This document shows, in pieces, positions 1 through 12,127 of a stretch of 64,000 bases of DNA (its first letter is position 1; every line of letters begins with the position of its first letter). Under the pieces are notes generated by a model that searched no databases, was not told where the DNA came from, and worked only from the letters and a program-made list of their open reading frames with translations. The stretch comes from Octopus sinensis. Its lineage: Eukaryota. The DNA lies in assembly GCF_006345805.1 (NCBI RefSeq), contig NC_043003.1, forward strand, positions 4,154,001-4,218,000, given 5' to 3'. A program made the translations under genes and the position numbers.

Positions 1-309
1 TCTTCAGCAGCATCCATAATAGCTGAAGTCTCTGCTGCTTCATCTCACTTTGTCACGTGATTTTATGAATATTAAAAAAAATGGATGAAAGGTCAAGTTA
101 TTAATGAACACAGGAAGTCCGGAAATCACCCTTAACAAAAAAACTAATAGACAGACCCGAGTTGAAGGCAAATTCTACAAATGGTTATGACTCAGGTTCT
201 AAGGTTAATAAAGTGTGCAAGCCAGGGTAGAATTTCTTAACGATTATCATGCTTGCATTACATTCTCTGCCTTCACTGTCTCTTGGCCTCTCTACTGCCT
301 CTGACAACC

Positions 310-730
310 CACTTCTCTCATTGATAATCTCACAGCTGACTGCAAACCCCTAACTGCAAAATGCAGACGACAGTCTCTGAACCAGAAATTTATAAATCCT
401 AAGGTAACACGTTTGCTAAAGGAGTACATTATGGAGCCGAATAAGTCTTCTTGGAGGGCTCAGGCGTTGATTCCATCTGGTGATAATCGTAAGAAATGTA
501 TGGTCATCGATTATTCACAGATAAATCGCTATATGTTCCTAGATGCCGAGCTTCGGCTAAATATTGAGGAGATGGTCGGGAAAGTGGCACAATATAATGT
601 CTTCTGTGAACTGGACAAACGAAGGGATTGTCACCAAGTGGAGATAAAAGACAAACCTTATGCTGCATCTGAAGCTGGCCATTGTTTGTACCATTTTAAA
701 GGTTACCTTTTGGAACCCCCAAGCATATAA
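310..730 (+). pseudogene. Degenerate Ty3/Gypsy LTR-retrotransposon pol fragment (start of RT)
   Basis: Translation DNLTADCKPL...LLKEYIMEPNKSSWRAQ...KKCMVIDYSQINRY..LDAE..NIEEMV.KVAQY..LD...HQV...KPYAASEAG..LYHF follows the Gypsy RT pattern (SPW, RMVIDY, LDAYPLP, LDLKSAYHQ, TAF, LYQF). It is truncated before YxDD. Confidence 0.8.
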
Positions 731-1147
731 TTGATGGCATAATTGATCTCGAAGAGAAATGGACAGTAGCGTTTTAAATATTCTACAGAGTTATTCTCTG
801 TTAAAATTGGTAGCTATCTTTACATTAATACTCCTGTCTGTGTGGCTTCCAGACATTTTTGAATTTAACTGACAAAACATGGTTATTTTGGGCAATTAAA
901 GAAGGTACCGGCGAGGCTGGTGGGAAGGCAATTTTTTAAGGAGGTTTTTATTTTTATTTATCTTTCCAAGAGTTGTCTAAGACAACGAAGATGCGACGGA
1001 GGATGATTGTTGGCACACTCCGGAAGATTTGTACGTGAAGCTGTTGTGTTCTGTCTTCGGAAAGCAACTTCAGAAGCGGTCACCGAATTTCGTTCGAGCA
1101 CAATAAGACATAAATCATAGCATGCACATACACACACACTTTTGCTC

Positions 1148-1149
<2 letters not shown>

Positions 1150-1194
<45 letters not shown>

Positions 1195-1393
1195 TTATTT
1201 ATACGTCCACACACATATGTACATTTTCTAAACAGCTATTATATACGCGTGTGTGTGTGTGCAAAACCTGCTTCAAATTCTCACTGATATGTCTATATTC
1301 TCACATCGATTACATACAGACGCTATTGTATTCAACTATTCGCATTCAGACGCGCGCGCGTACACACACACACATAGCATGTGTGTGTGTGTG

Positions 1394-1438
<45 letters not shown>

Positions 1439-1491
1439 CGTATACATATATATATATATACATATACGTATACATACATATACATATACAT

Positions 1492-1540
<49 letters not shown>

Positions 1541-1910
1541 TATATATATACTATATATACATATACGTATACATACATATACATATCTACACATACATAT
1601 ACATACATATACATATCTATATATACATACACATATATATACATACATATCTATATATACATATATATATACATATCTATATATATATATATACATATAT
1701 ATACATATCTATATATACATATACATATATATATACATGCATATACATATCTATTATACATATATATATATATATTATATATATATATATTATATATATA
1801 TTATATATACATATACATATATATATATATATATACATATATATACACATATATACATATATATATATACACACAGAGCATGTGTGTGTGTGTGTGTGTG
1901 TGTATGTGTG
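1150..1910. repeat. (TA)n/(TACA)n/(TG)n compound microsatellite
   Basis: Directly visible; it generates the YI/HT-rich pseudo-ORFs. Confidence 0.95.
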
Positions 1911-2726
1911 TAGCACTTTCACATACAGATTCCCATTACAGACAACATAATTACACACCTACATACCGTCACACCCTCGCCACTGCACGCCCTCACCTAG
2001 TTCTATAGCGAGAGTACAAGCGGTCTATTTTCCCGTTATATCTGGATTAGTGCAGACGGCTGCACTGGTATCAAGCCAGTTCTGCTATTTACCTTAATTC
2101 CCACACTAGAGGAAGCTTCGTTAACGTATTTTCTTTTGAGCTGAGAGTTTGTTCTCCCGTTATTATTACATACGTTCACCGTACCCGGTTCGCCAGCAAG
2201 GCTGCTGTCGTATTATAAACCTATCTTCTACTGACACAAACGTAATGAAAAGCAAGTATTGTCTTATAACCATTCCGCCACGATGTCTTAATTGAATCAG
2301 AGATTACAGAGTTTACAAAGTATTCATTTCGTTTAAATAGGTGAACAATACAAGAAAATGATCCGCCAGAAATAGAAGCAAAATCTCCCTCAAAGAACAG
2401 CCTGTTGTCTTAAATAAGGAAGGGACGCAAATCATGTAGCCCTACACATCTAGAAAAGACAGTGCGGTCACCGCTGGAACGCCTTTAATCAGATGTCTGG
2501 TCATTTAGAGTTGACCTAACAAACAGAAACAATAGCAATAAAATAAAATAAAATATAATAAAATAAAATACAACACACGAATGGCTGAATAATTACTGAA
2601 TTTCTTCTATCTTTACGTTCTGAGTTCAAATTCTGCCGAGGACGACCTAACTTTTCCTCCCTTCGGGGTACGAATTTTCTAAAATTTCAGACCTCATACC
2701 TATGATTCAAATGGTTGTTGTCGTCG

Positions 2727-2729
<3 letters not shown>

Positions 2730-2762
<33 letters not shown>

Positions 2763-4254
2763 GGCGAGCTGGCAGAATTGTTTGCACGCCGGGCGAAATA
2801 CTTGGCGGTATTTCGTCTGCCGTTACGTTCTGAGTTCAAATTCCGCCGAGGTCGACTTTGCCTTTCATCCTTTCGGGGTCGATTAAATAAGTACCAGTTA
2901 CGCACTGGGGTCGATATAATCGACTTAATCCCTTTGTCCGTCCTTGTTCGTCCCCTCTGTGTTTAGCCCCTTGTGGGTAGTAAAGAAATAGGTATTTCGT
3001 CTGCCGCTACGTTCTGAATTCAAATTCCACCGAGGTCGACTTTGTCTTTCATCCTTTCGAGGACGATAAATTAAGTACCAGTTACGCACTGGGGTCGATA
3101 TAATCGACTTAATCCGTTTGTCTATCCTTGTTTGTCCCCTCTGGGTTTAGCCCCTTGTGGGTAGTAAAGAAATAGGTATTCAGTCCATCTTTACGTTCTG
3201 AGATCAAATTCCGCCGAGGTTGACTTTGCCTTTAATGCTTTCGGGGCCGATTAAATAAGTACCAGTGAACACTGGGGTCGATGTAATCGGCTAGCCCACC
3301 TCCTCCAATTTAGGGCCTTGTGCCTTTAATAGAAAGGATCATTATTATGTGATGAAAACTCACCACTTATTTTGCTGTGTATGATGGAAAGTCTCAGTTG
3401 CCCGCGGCCGGTGGACTAAGGTGACACTTGTTTACTGGTCATGCTTCAAGAACAATGCGAAAAGTTTTTGCAGTTGCAAGCAATGCTGATTATTATTATT
3501 ATTATTATTATATTATTATTATTATTCGGCGAGCTGGCAGAATTGTTTGCACGCCGGGCGAAATACTTGGCGGTATTTCGTCTGCCGTTACGTTCTGAGT
3601 TCAAATTCCGCCGAGGTCGACTTTGCCTTTCATCCTTTCGGGGTCGATTAAATAAGTACCAGTTACGCACTGGGGTCGATATAATCGACTTAATCCCTTT
3701 GTCCGTCCTTGTTCGTCCCCTCTGTGTTTAGCCCCTTGTGGGTAGTAAAGAAATAGGTATTTCGTCTGCCGCTACGTTCTGAATTCAAATTCCACCGAGG
3801 TCGACTTTGTCTTTCATCCTTTCGAGGACGATAAATTAAGTACCAGTTACGCACTGGGGTCGATATAATCGACTTAATCCGTTTGTCTATCCTTGTTTGT
3901 CCCCTCTGGGTTTAGCCCCTTGTGGGTAGTAAAGAAATAGGTATTCAGTCCATCTTTACGTTCTGAGATCAAATTCCGCCGAGGTTGACTTTGCCTTTAA
4001 TGCTTTCGGGGCCGATTAAATAAGTACCAGTGAAACACTGGGGTCGATGTAATCGGCTAGCCCACCTCCTCCAATTTAGGGCCTTGTGCCTTTAATAGAA
4101 AGGATCATTATTATGTGATGAAAACTCACCACTTATTTTGCTGTGTATGATGGAAAGTCTCAGTTGCCCGCGGCCGGTGGACTAAGGTGACACTTGTTTA
4201 CTGGTCATGCTTCAAGAACAATGCGAAAAGTTTTTGCAGTTGCAAGCAATGCTG

Positions 4255-4290
<36 letters not shown>
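2730..4290 (+). repeat. 765-bp near-identical tandem duplication
   Basis: 2761-3490 matches 3526-4256 (one 1-bp indel seen). All junctions lie in (TAT)n tracts. Confidence 0.95.
2760..3345 (+). mobile_element. tRNA-derived SINE family B, trimeric body
   Basis: Head GGCGAGCTGGCAGAA (A box) and GAGTTCAAATTCC (B box). The body GTCGACTTTGCCTTTCATCCTTTCGGGGTCGAT..AAGTACCAG occurs 3 times. It ends GCCTTGTGCC...AGAAAGGAT and is flanked by (TAT)n. Confidence 0.85.
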
Positions 4291-4292
<2 letters not shown>

Positions 4293-4619
4293 GCTGTATC
4301 AGTAATATGTGCTGTGAAATAAAATTTGAATGTTTTTTTAAACAAATATCAATATTTTTTAGAATATTAAAATTATGTTTGGGTGTTTCCAGATTTGAGA
4401 GAAAATAACGTTTCGTAAATTAGTATTTCCACTCATGTATTCCAACACACAGGTACAAAAAAAAAACCGAAAACAATTTTCAGCATTTCTGGTCACTGGA
4501 ACTCTCAAAAGCAGAGGAATTTTGTACGTTCAACGAAACTTCTCTCAAAGTTCAAAGAAACTCTCAAAAAAGTTTCATGCACGCGTCGTAGAAAAACACA
4601 AATACATATAAAAGATATA

Positions 4620-5035
4620 CAGGCGCAGGAGCGGCCGTAGGCGAAGGATTGACTGTGTGGTAAGTAGCTTGCTTCCCACCCACATGGTTCCGGTTTCAGT
4701 CCCACTGTGTGGTACCTTGGGCAAGTATCTTCTACTATAGCCTCGGGTCGACCAAAGCCTTGTGAGTGGATTTGGTAAGCGAAAACTGAAAGAAGCCCGT
4801 CATATATATATAAATTATATATGTATGTTTGTGTGTCTGTGTTTTTCCCTCCAGCATCGCTTGACAACCGATGCTGGTGTGTTTACATCCCCGTAACCTA
4901 GCGGTTTGACAAAAGAGACCGATATAATAAGTACTAGGCTTACAAAGAATAAGTCCTGGCTTCGATTTACTCGACTGAAGACGGTGCTCCAGCATGGGCA
5001 CAGTCAAATGACTGAAACAAGTAAAAGGACAAAAA
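4620..5035 (+). mobile_element. tRNA-derived SINE family A
   Basis: Head GCGCAGG..TGTGTGGTAAG..GGTTCCGG..CAGTCCCAC, central (TA/TG)n, tail GGTGCTCCAGCATGG.CACAGTCAAATGACTGAAAC. More than 15 copies or fragments occur in the window. Confidence 0.9.
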
Positions 5036-5199
5036 AAAAAAAGGATATGCATAAGGCTTAGGTACAGACAAACCATTTACACCAGTCACACACACGAATC
5101 TTGTAACGAAAGCGCATGCGCAGATTAGCGAGAAAATATATCTCAGTTTTTAACACAGACAAACAGACAGACAGCTGCAACGCGATTTCGAGCAACGCC

Positions 5200-5720
5200 G
5201 TCATTTGAGTGTCCTCGAAAATATGAGTTGTGCGACCGTGGTTTTTCAGTCTTACTGTGGACTTACACTCTTTAGTACAGATATGGAAACGGTGAGTGCT
5301 TTTGGTAAAGGTGTTCGGAGCGCTCACCCCTTGCGTTCAAGTCTTGCCTTCATTCCATCTGGGAAGTTTTCACCGAGTGTCTGACCTCTTCCAGCTACGG
5401 TCAACCATATTGTGCTCGCAGATTTTTTCAAAATGAGGCAAAGCCTTTCACATAGTATTTCCTGCTCTGTAAATTATGTATGGATTTGTCGCAAAGAACC
5501 ACAAAGTCTACATCACTTGGATGCAAACGAAGTCGCAAGTGTTTTATCAGTTCTCGTGGGAGAGGTGTCTAAATAAAGATGAGGGGGTCACTCACTCTCA
5601 GCTGTTGGATGGCCGTTGAATGAGGTCCGCCACCATTTCACAGGTTTTGCTTTTTGTTCTGCAGAGAATCCAGCAGAACCTATCCCCCTTACTATGCAAG
5701 CTTACGAGGGTTGCCTGTTT
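5200..5720 (-). mobile_element. Possible highly degenerate RTE-type LINE 3' end
   Basis: Minus strand gives DRSWKR and HICTKECKSTVRLKNHGRTTH, resembling the RTE ORF2 C-terminal DR..WR and CxxCxxxCxSxxGLxxH motifs. Many lesions. Confidence 0.35.
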
Positions 5721-5855
5721 ACTCGACGACGGCCCGACCATCCGACAGAGCGTACGGTGTTACATAGTTCCAGTGACACAAAAAGTAATCTCGCGCGCGC
5801 GCGTGTATGTATGTATAATAAGGACAGTCAGTAGCGACACCTGCTGGGTCTGACT

Positions 5856-5903
5856 ACACTGCATTGATAAAGGACAAATACCCTGAAACATGTCTGCAGC
5901 TGT
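5856..5903 (+). ncRNA. Minimal type I hammerhead ribozyme (Penelope/retrozyme type), U3-A8 variant
   Basis: Stem I CTGCA/TGCAG; core TTGATAA; stem II AGG/CCT; GAAA; palindromic ACATGT helix III; GUC cleavage site at 5894. Confidence 0.7.
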
Positions 5904-6361
5904 CTGACTGGCAGGATGAAGCGGCTGACCTCCCCTGTTCGAAGGTTTATAATGGACGCAGGTTGTGTGTCAAATAGCTAGCTTGAGGCGGTGGCCTCTT
6001 GGAGCTAATCAGCGACAGCTTTAGTCTTATATTTATAAGACTGCCATATAAGTATGGCGATAACTATTTATATATATATATATATATATATATGCATATA
6101 TATACATACACACACATACACACAGTCTGACGATAGTTTAACTGGTCCAAACTTCGAAGTCACTATCTACAACATTTTTGTTTAAGAATTATATATATAT
6201 ATCTGTATGTATGTATATATATATATATGAGCTGTTCATTGTTTTTCAAGGTAAAGTTGACATCAGCGGAATTTGAAATCGGTCTGTAAATGATCGTTGT
6301 TAAATACTATATGACGTCCGTCTTTCGTTCTGCCGAGTGTAACAGTAAACTTATGACGATG

Positions 6362-6396
<35 letters not shown>

Positions 6397-6544
6397 CTAG
6401 TAAGAATAATAGTAAACATAATGAAAATTGATTTGAAATTGTTAATGTCAGAAGTTTGGTAAGTTAATACTGAGGAATATTTGAATATTTTCTTGACACT
6501 GGCTACCATGAAATATAGCAATAAATTCTTGTTAAAGTTAGTAA

Positions 6545-6591
<47 letters not shown>

Positions 6592-7864
6592 ATAGGTAGA
6601 TAGATAGGTAGAGAGAAAGAGAGAAAGAAAGACCAAAGGAGTGGAGGGCTTCTTTAAGCGATGTAGTTTAGCTAGAAATAGCGATGGCGGTAATTATAAG
6701 TTTAATTTTATGAGCGGGAGACATGTTATGTCTAGAAGACATGATTGAATAGTCTACTGCTTCTATTACTCAGTCACCTGACCTAAATTCCTCTGCTAAT
6801 ATACTTCGCTAGCTTCAGAGAAATCTTTCTAAACGTTCAGCTAGTCTTTAACACGGCAAACTTAAAGTTCTTATTTGCTCCAGGCCAATATTTTATTCCA
6901 GCTCCAAGAAAATTACTTCTGATGATTTTTGCAGTAGAAACTCTCATTTTGTAATTAATTAATCGAGGAAAGGGAACGGCGATGTCCTTGACCTTTCTAA
7001 AACTTCCCAGGCTGGGAGATCAATATAACACGACTTTATTGTACGTTGGAAGAACAGAGATTGGGGAGAGAATTCCAGAGCGATTTGGAATTCTGCGAAA
7101 GATTGGTGGAATAATTAAGAAAAAGATTATATTACAATTTTTAATGGAGTGATACAATATGAAGGGGGTGGTGGGCGAGGAATGGAAGCAGGAAAGTTAC
7201 TCAGTGATTTAGGAGAGCGTTGGCTGTTGCAGGAGAAATGAAAGGAGCGCAGAGAAGACACATTACAGGTGGAGGTGAGCGAATGGTTGGGTTTGGAAGC
7301 AGGTGTTGAGGGTGTTTAGTCCAGGTGAGTTCTGGAACCACCTTCATTCTGTTTGTTATACTTTGAGTCATAGTGTACCTAGGAATATACTATCGAAATT
7401 GTCTATTTTTTTGAGATGGGAAAAATCTGACTGCCCTTTCTGTGAGGCCATATGACGACTAAAATGCTAAATTACGGGCACGTAAATAAACCAACACCGG
7501 TTTTCAAATAGTATTGTTGTGACACACACACACACACATTCTTATTTTCCGTCTTTCAAATTCACTCACAAGTCATTGGTCAGTCCGTGGCTAATGTAGA
7601 AGACACTTGCCCACGATGTGGTGCTGTGGGACTGAACCCAGTACCACATGCTTGGGAAGCAAACTGCTTAACCACACAACCATTCCTGTGGGGAATCATT
7701 TGACCAAGCTACACACTCAATAAAAATTTGGTAATTCCTGCTGAGACCAGAGATCACAATGGAACTTTAGAATCCTCGAATGGTCCCGCCTTTATAAATC
7801 ACATTATGAACCAACAAAGACATTGGCCAGCTAGAAACAACAGGTAAATATCTTCTAAAATATA

Positions 7865-8235
7865 CGTGGCTGTGGGGTAAGAAGCTTGCTTTCCAACCAC
7901 ATGGTTTCGGGTTCACTCTCACTGCGTGGCACCTTGAGCAATTGTCTTCTGCTATAGCCTCAGGCCGACCAAAGCCTCGTGAGTGGATTTGGTAGACGGA
8001 AAATGAAAGAAGCCCGTCGTATGTGTGTATATATATAAATGTGTGTGTGTGTTTGTCCCCTCTCCATCGTTTGGTGAGTTTATGTACCCGTAACTTATCG
8101 GTTCGGCGAAAGAGACCGATAAAATAATTACTAGGCTTACAAAGAATAAGACCTAGGGTCGATTTGTTTGACCAAAGGCGGTGCTCCAGCATGGTCGCAG
8201 TCAAATGACTGAAACAAGTAAAAGAAAGAAAAGAG
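7865..8235 (+). mobile_element. SINE family A
   Basis: Same head, body and tail as the other copies. A degenerate minus-strand copy lies at ~7440-7690. Confidence 0.9.
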
Positions 8236-8488
8236 TAAAAGAATAGAATCTTCAGAAATGAAGAACACAATACATAATATGGCTGTCAGCAAATCATGTT
8301 TGAATTTAAGAGGGGATGGTCACGACTGGACCCAATTTCATCATAAACCCGCTTGCTTCCGAACAGCTTAAATGTTATACAAAAAACTACAACAGCCACA
8401 ATAATCATTAATACGAAGTACTATGGTTTACATTAGATGATGTAGTACAAGATACACTTAGCCAGGATTGTCACAGAATACACTTTAG

Positions 8489-8893
8489 ATCTTTTCGGTT
8501 TGAACGGCAGTTTTTTAACATAATTTCTAGGTAACAATAAAATTTTAAACTTCGTATACTGGTAGAATGTGTTTATAAAACATCTTTTTCTCTTGGCTTT
8601 ATTGAGAAAATTCTATAGTTTGTAAGATATTTATTGTTATTTTCTTCAATTTCTGCAATTTCAACCAATCAATGACGTCTATTGAGGTGAACAAAATTCT
8701 GTGCCGTATGAATATGTCCCTCGTTTAAGAAATAGATTGGGCTTATTTACATTTCTGAAGAAAAAGGATACCCTTCCCTCCACCCCTAACCCTAACACAG
8801 ATTGAAATGCAATAGATCGATACTAGGGTCATAATTATGGGTGACAATTTTATATGACACCGCTAGAAAAACTGCCGTTCAAACCGAAAAGAT
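8489..8893. mobile_element. MITE with 27-bp perfect TIRs and internal CCCTAA repeats
   Basis: ATCTTTTCGGTTTGAACGGCAGTTTTT (8489-8515) is the reverse complement of 8867-8893. Confidence 0.85.
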
Positions 8894-9969
8894 ACATTTC
8901 ATCAGATGTCTTCTGAATGAAGACTGGAATGGGTGACACAACAGAAAGGAATACTTTTGAAGGTGCACCTCTAGGTACACTAGGACATGTCTGTCTGTCT
9001 ATACACTATGTATATATATATATATATTATTATGTGTGTGTGTCTGTATACAGGAATAGTATATCTCGAAGCTCACACATCAGGCTATAAATAACAGCCT
9101 GTAAATATTGGATTTCCATGCTATTATTCACAGCCTTATGTGTGTGCTTCGAGATAAACTATTCCCAAACAGAATTATTTTTGCTTAATTGGAAAATTTA
9201 TAGAATTTTTATGACGCCAACAATATATTACATACACAACGCACAAGAATTAGATGAGTGTATATCATATAATATGTGTGTGTGTGTGATCCCGAGTTGA
9301 ATGCCCTAACTACCACACTCTCCCCCTTTCTTGTACACATACATATAAATTACATAAAGTGTATGTGTGTGTGTGTGCTGTTAGATATACACACATAAGT
9401 ATATAGGAATTATGCTTTATATGTATATAAACATAGTTTGTTTGTAATCCATAATTTATTCAGTGTTGAAAGGGGAGAAACACCTCCAAAGAGATCTGAA
9501 TAGAAGCAGTGACCGAGTAAAACATTTGTACTTCTGCGTCGGTCACTTCAAAAGTAACGTTTTTTAAAGAAAGAACAGAAGCCTCGTCAGTGGGGCTATT
9601 TACATAATGTCTCCCTTTCATCTTTATTACTGCGTCTCCCTGCAAATGGACTTTATAGAGAAATAATTCAACGTGTCTTATTGAAATCAGGGGCACAGCC
9701 TGTCCCTTAATGTATTCCCTCATAGAAATTCATGATTGATATTCATAGGCGCGCGCAAACCCACGAAAAGAATCTAAACAAGAAGAGAGAAAAAAAATAG
9801 AAGTATTCGATATAATATGAAAAAAAGTTGAGCTGAATACGTCAGTAACCGTTACTCCGAGTTTCACTTTGATACTGTCGTTAGAGTAATTGATATCATG
9901 AATAAACACATTTTTCTCTGTGTACTAAGCCAGTCTCTATACTTCCTGAATATATCATTTATGTATTAA

Positions 9970-10670
9970 TTTCTCTCTTGGCTTTCTTGAGAAAATTGTA
10001 ATTTGTTTGTTTAACGTAGTTTAATTTTTCGAATTTTAACCAATGCTATGCTCTCTTTTGAGCTAAAATCAATTGCTGCGTCTAAAACTGGGACAACATT
10101 CTGTAACTAACCCTAACCCTAAATTTCTTTTCTTAATTGTTAAATTAATTTTATTGTTACGCGAGTAAAAAAAACTAAAGCAATGGAAAATAATTTAAAC
10201 AATTAACAAACAAAATAATTCTATAATTTTATACACACGCTTTCCGTACGTATACGGAAAGCGTGTGTTACAGAAAGAGTGTGTATAAAACTTTAGAATT
10301 ATTTTGTTTGTTAATTGTTTAAATTATTTTCATTGCTTTAGTTTTTTTTTTACACGCGTAACAATTAAATTAATTTAACAATTAAGAAAAAAAAAGTTAG
10401 GGTTAGGGGGAGGTTTAGGGTTAGTTACAGGATGTTGTCTCAGTTTTAGACGCAGCAAATGTTGTTTACCTAAATGGAGGTAATCGATTGGTTAAAATTA
10501 CCGAAATGCTCGGATTTTCAGGCGAAATATCTTACAAACTATAGAATTTTCTCAATAAAACCAAGAGAAAATGATGTTTTATAAACACATTCTACCAGTA
10601 TACGAAGTTTAAAACTTTTTAGTTACCTAGAAATTATGTTACAAACTGCCGTTCAAAAAGAAAAGTTCCC
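9970..10670. mobile_element. Foldback/palindromic non-autonomous element related to the 8489 MITE
   Basis: Arms ~9970-10235 and ~10275-10570 are inverted. 10530-10668 matches the reverse complement of the MITE left end (8489-8630). Confidence 0.75.
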
Positions 10671-11024
10671 AAAAATTACTAATACAAAAAGTCATGGCAT
10701 GGACAGCAGAAAAAGAATGGGTTCAGTATAGAGTTTATTTCAAAATTATTATGACAATATTGTCCAATGCTCTGGCATCTGAAGACGGCCGAAATGCTAT
10801 GACTAATTCACAGAAATTCCATTGGCAGTGAAAGCGCAGGCGTGGCTGCGTTGTATTCGAAAATAAAACCCAAACATTTCTTAACTGTTGAAAGAAAACT
10901 AGAGTAAACAACTAAAGCTTCAAACTCCAAACTGACATCACAATTAAAGCAAGTACAACTCTCTCTCTCGATATCAGGACTGCGAAAGTCGAAAAACATT
11001 TCTGTTGCAGGAAATTTATTGCTC

Positions 11025-11411
11025 TCTTTACTCTTTTATTTGTTTCAGTCATTTGACTGTGGCCATGCTGGGGCACCATCTTTAGTCGAGCAAATCGACC
11101 GCAGAACTTATTCTTCGTAAGCCTAGTACTTATTCTATCGATCTCTTTTGCCGAATCGCTAAGTGACGGGGACGTAAACACACCACCATCGGTTGTCAAG
11201 CGATGTTGGGGGAGACAAACACAGACACACAAACATATACACATATATACGACGGGCTTCTTTCAGTTTCCGTCTTCCAAATCCACTCCCAAGGCTTTGG
11301 TTGGCCTGAGGGTATAGTAGAAGACACTTGCCCAAAGTGCCACGCAGTGGGACTGAACCCGGAACCATGTGGTTCGTAAGTAAGCTACTTACCACACAGC
11401 CACTCCTACGC
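11025..11411 (-). mobile_element. SINE family A
   Basis: Full head-to-tail match on the minus strand. Confidence 0.9.
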
Positions 11412-11589
11412 TCTGAAAAAACTACGCAGAATTCCTAATCAGCTTGGAAAGAACTGCAATAGAATATATAAAATCTACAGAATAGTTGTAATTTTAAGAC
11501 ACTTTTATTAAAAGTTGTTCTCATAGAATTAAGATAACTTTTTTGAAATAATGGAGTCACCGGAACTCTTTCCGTCTCACATGCTCATT

Positions 11590-11900
11590 ACACTTCTAAT
11601 TTCTCTACAAATTCGAATGTTCTTTTTTAAATACAAATTATCCAATATGGTGTCGGATAGGTCTTCATCAAAGTTTCATCTCATCTCTTTATGCCTATTT
11701 AAAATTTTACCCGAAGATGGTGAATTTATACTATGGGTGCTTCAATAAAGTCCCACTGAAACAGCTGTAGTAAATTTTTTTTGACCCCATTTGTGTTCTT
11801 TTTTATATCTACGCCGCACCTACAAAAGTCTCCGAGTCGGATCTGCAGTTTAATTTGGATTTGTTGTATATCTACAGTATCCTACCAACGCGTGATACCT
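11590..11900 (+). mobile_element. Penelope-like pseudo-LTR remnant with degenerate hammerhead (11701-11780)
   Basis: FKYKLSN-like PLE C-terminus, then TTTAC-CCGAAGA-T-GGTG...CACT-GAAAC-AGCT-GTA-GTAAA. Confidence 0.55.
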
Positions 11901-12127
11901 CCTTTTTGTTTTTGTTACATCACTATGTATACAAACGAAAGACAGGAACACTCAATACGTGATAGTAAGTATATATTTGTAACTAGACAGTTAGTGAGTG
12001 GCGGTCATCATTCAGAGTTTCATCGAGACAAAAGCACATGTCTGATGCTTAGATGTCCCCGAGAAGTGAAATGTGAAGTGATCGTGGTGGGGGCATGTGC
12101 TTCAGGTCTTTTAAAAATAGCTTTATA

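Noticed and set aside
1122-2008. Long Y/I/H/T/C/V-rich ORFs (also at 23.9-25.3, 41-42, 49.2-49.6, 57.5-58.1, 59 and 63.4 kb)
   Set aside because: Translations of stop-poor (TA)/(CA) microsatellites, not genes.
1909-2238. Possible solo LTR (TGT...ACA) near the Gypsy fragment
   Set aside because: No TSD, second copy, PBS or PPT could be verified.
2687-3731. Recurrent short ORFs (RNWYLFNRPRKDERQSRPRRNL; [14 protein letters not shown]..)
   Set aside because: Chance reading frames in SINE families B and A.
6660-7440. Possible ancient LINE fragments (also 20600-21200 and 28200-28450)
   Set aside because: Only vague motif echoes and no convincing alignment by eye; needs tblastn or HMM search.
10110-10425. 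TTAGGG/CCCTAA repeats as telomere or fusion relic
   Set aside because: Only 2-3 units, internal to a MITE-family element that also carries them at ~8785.
10774-10797. GCAT-CTGAAGA-CGGCC-GAA-ATGC hammerhead-like string
   Set aside because: No helix III or NUH cleavage triplet.
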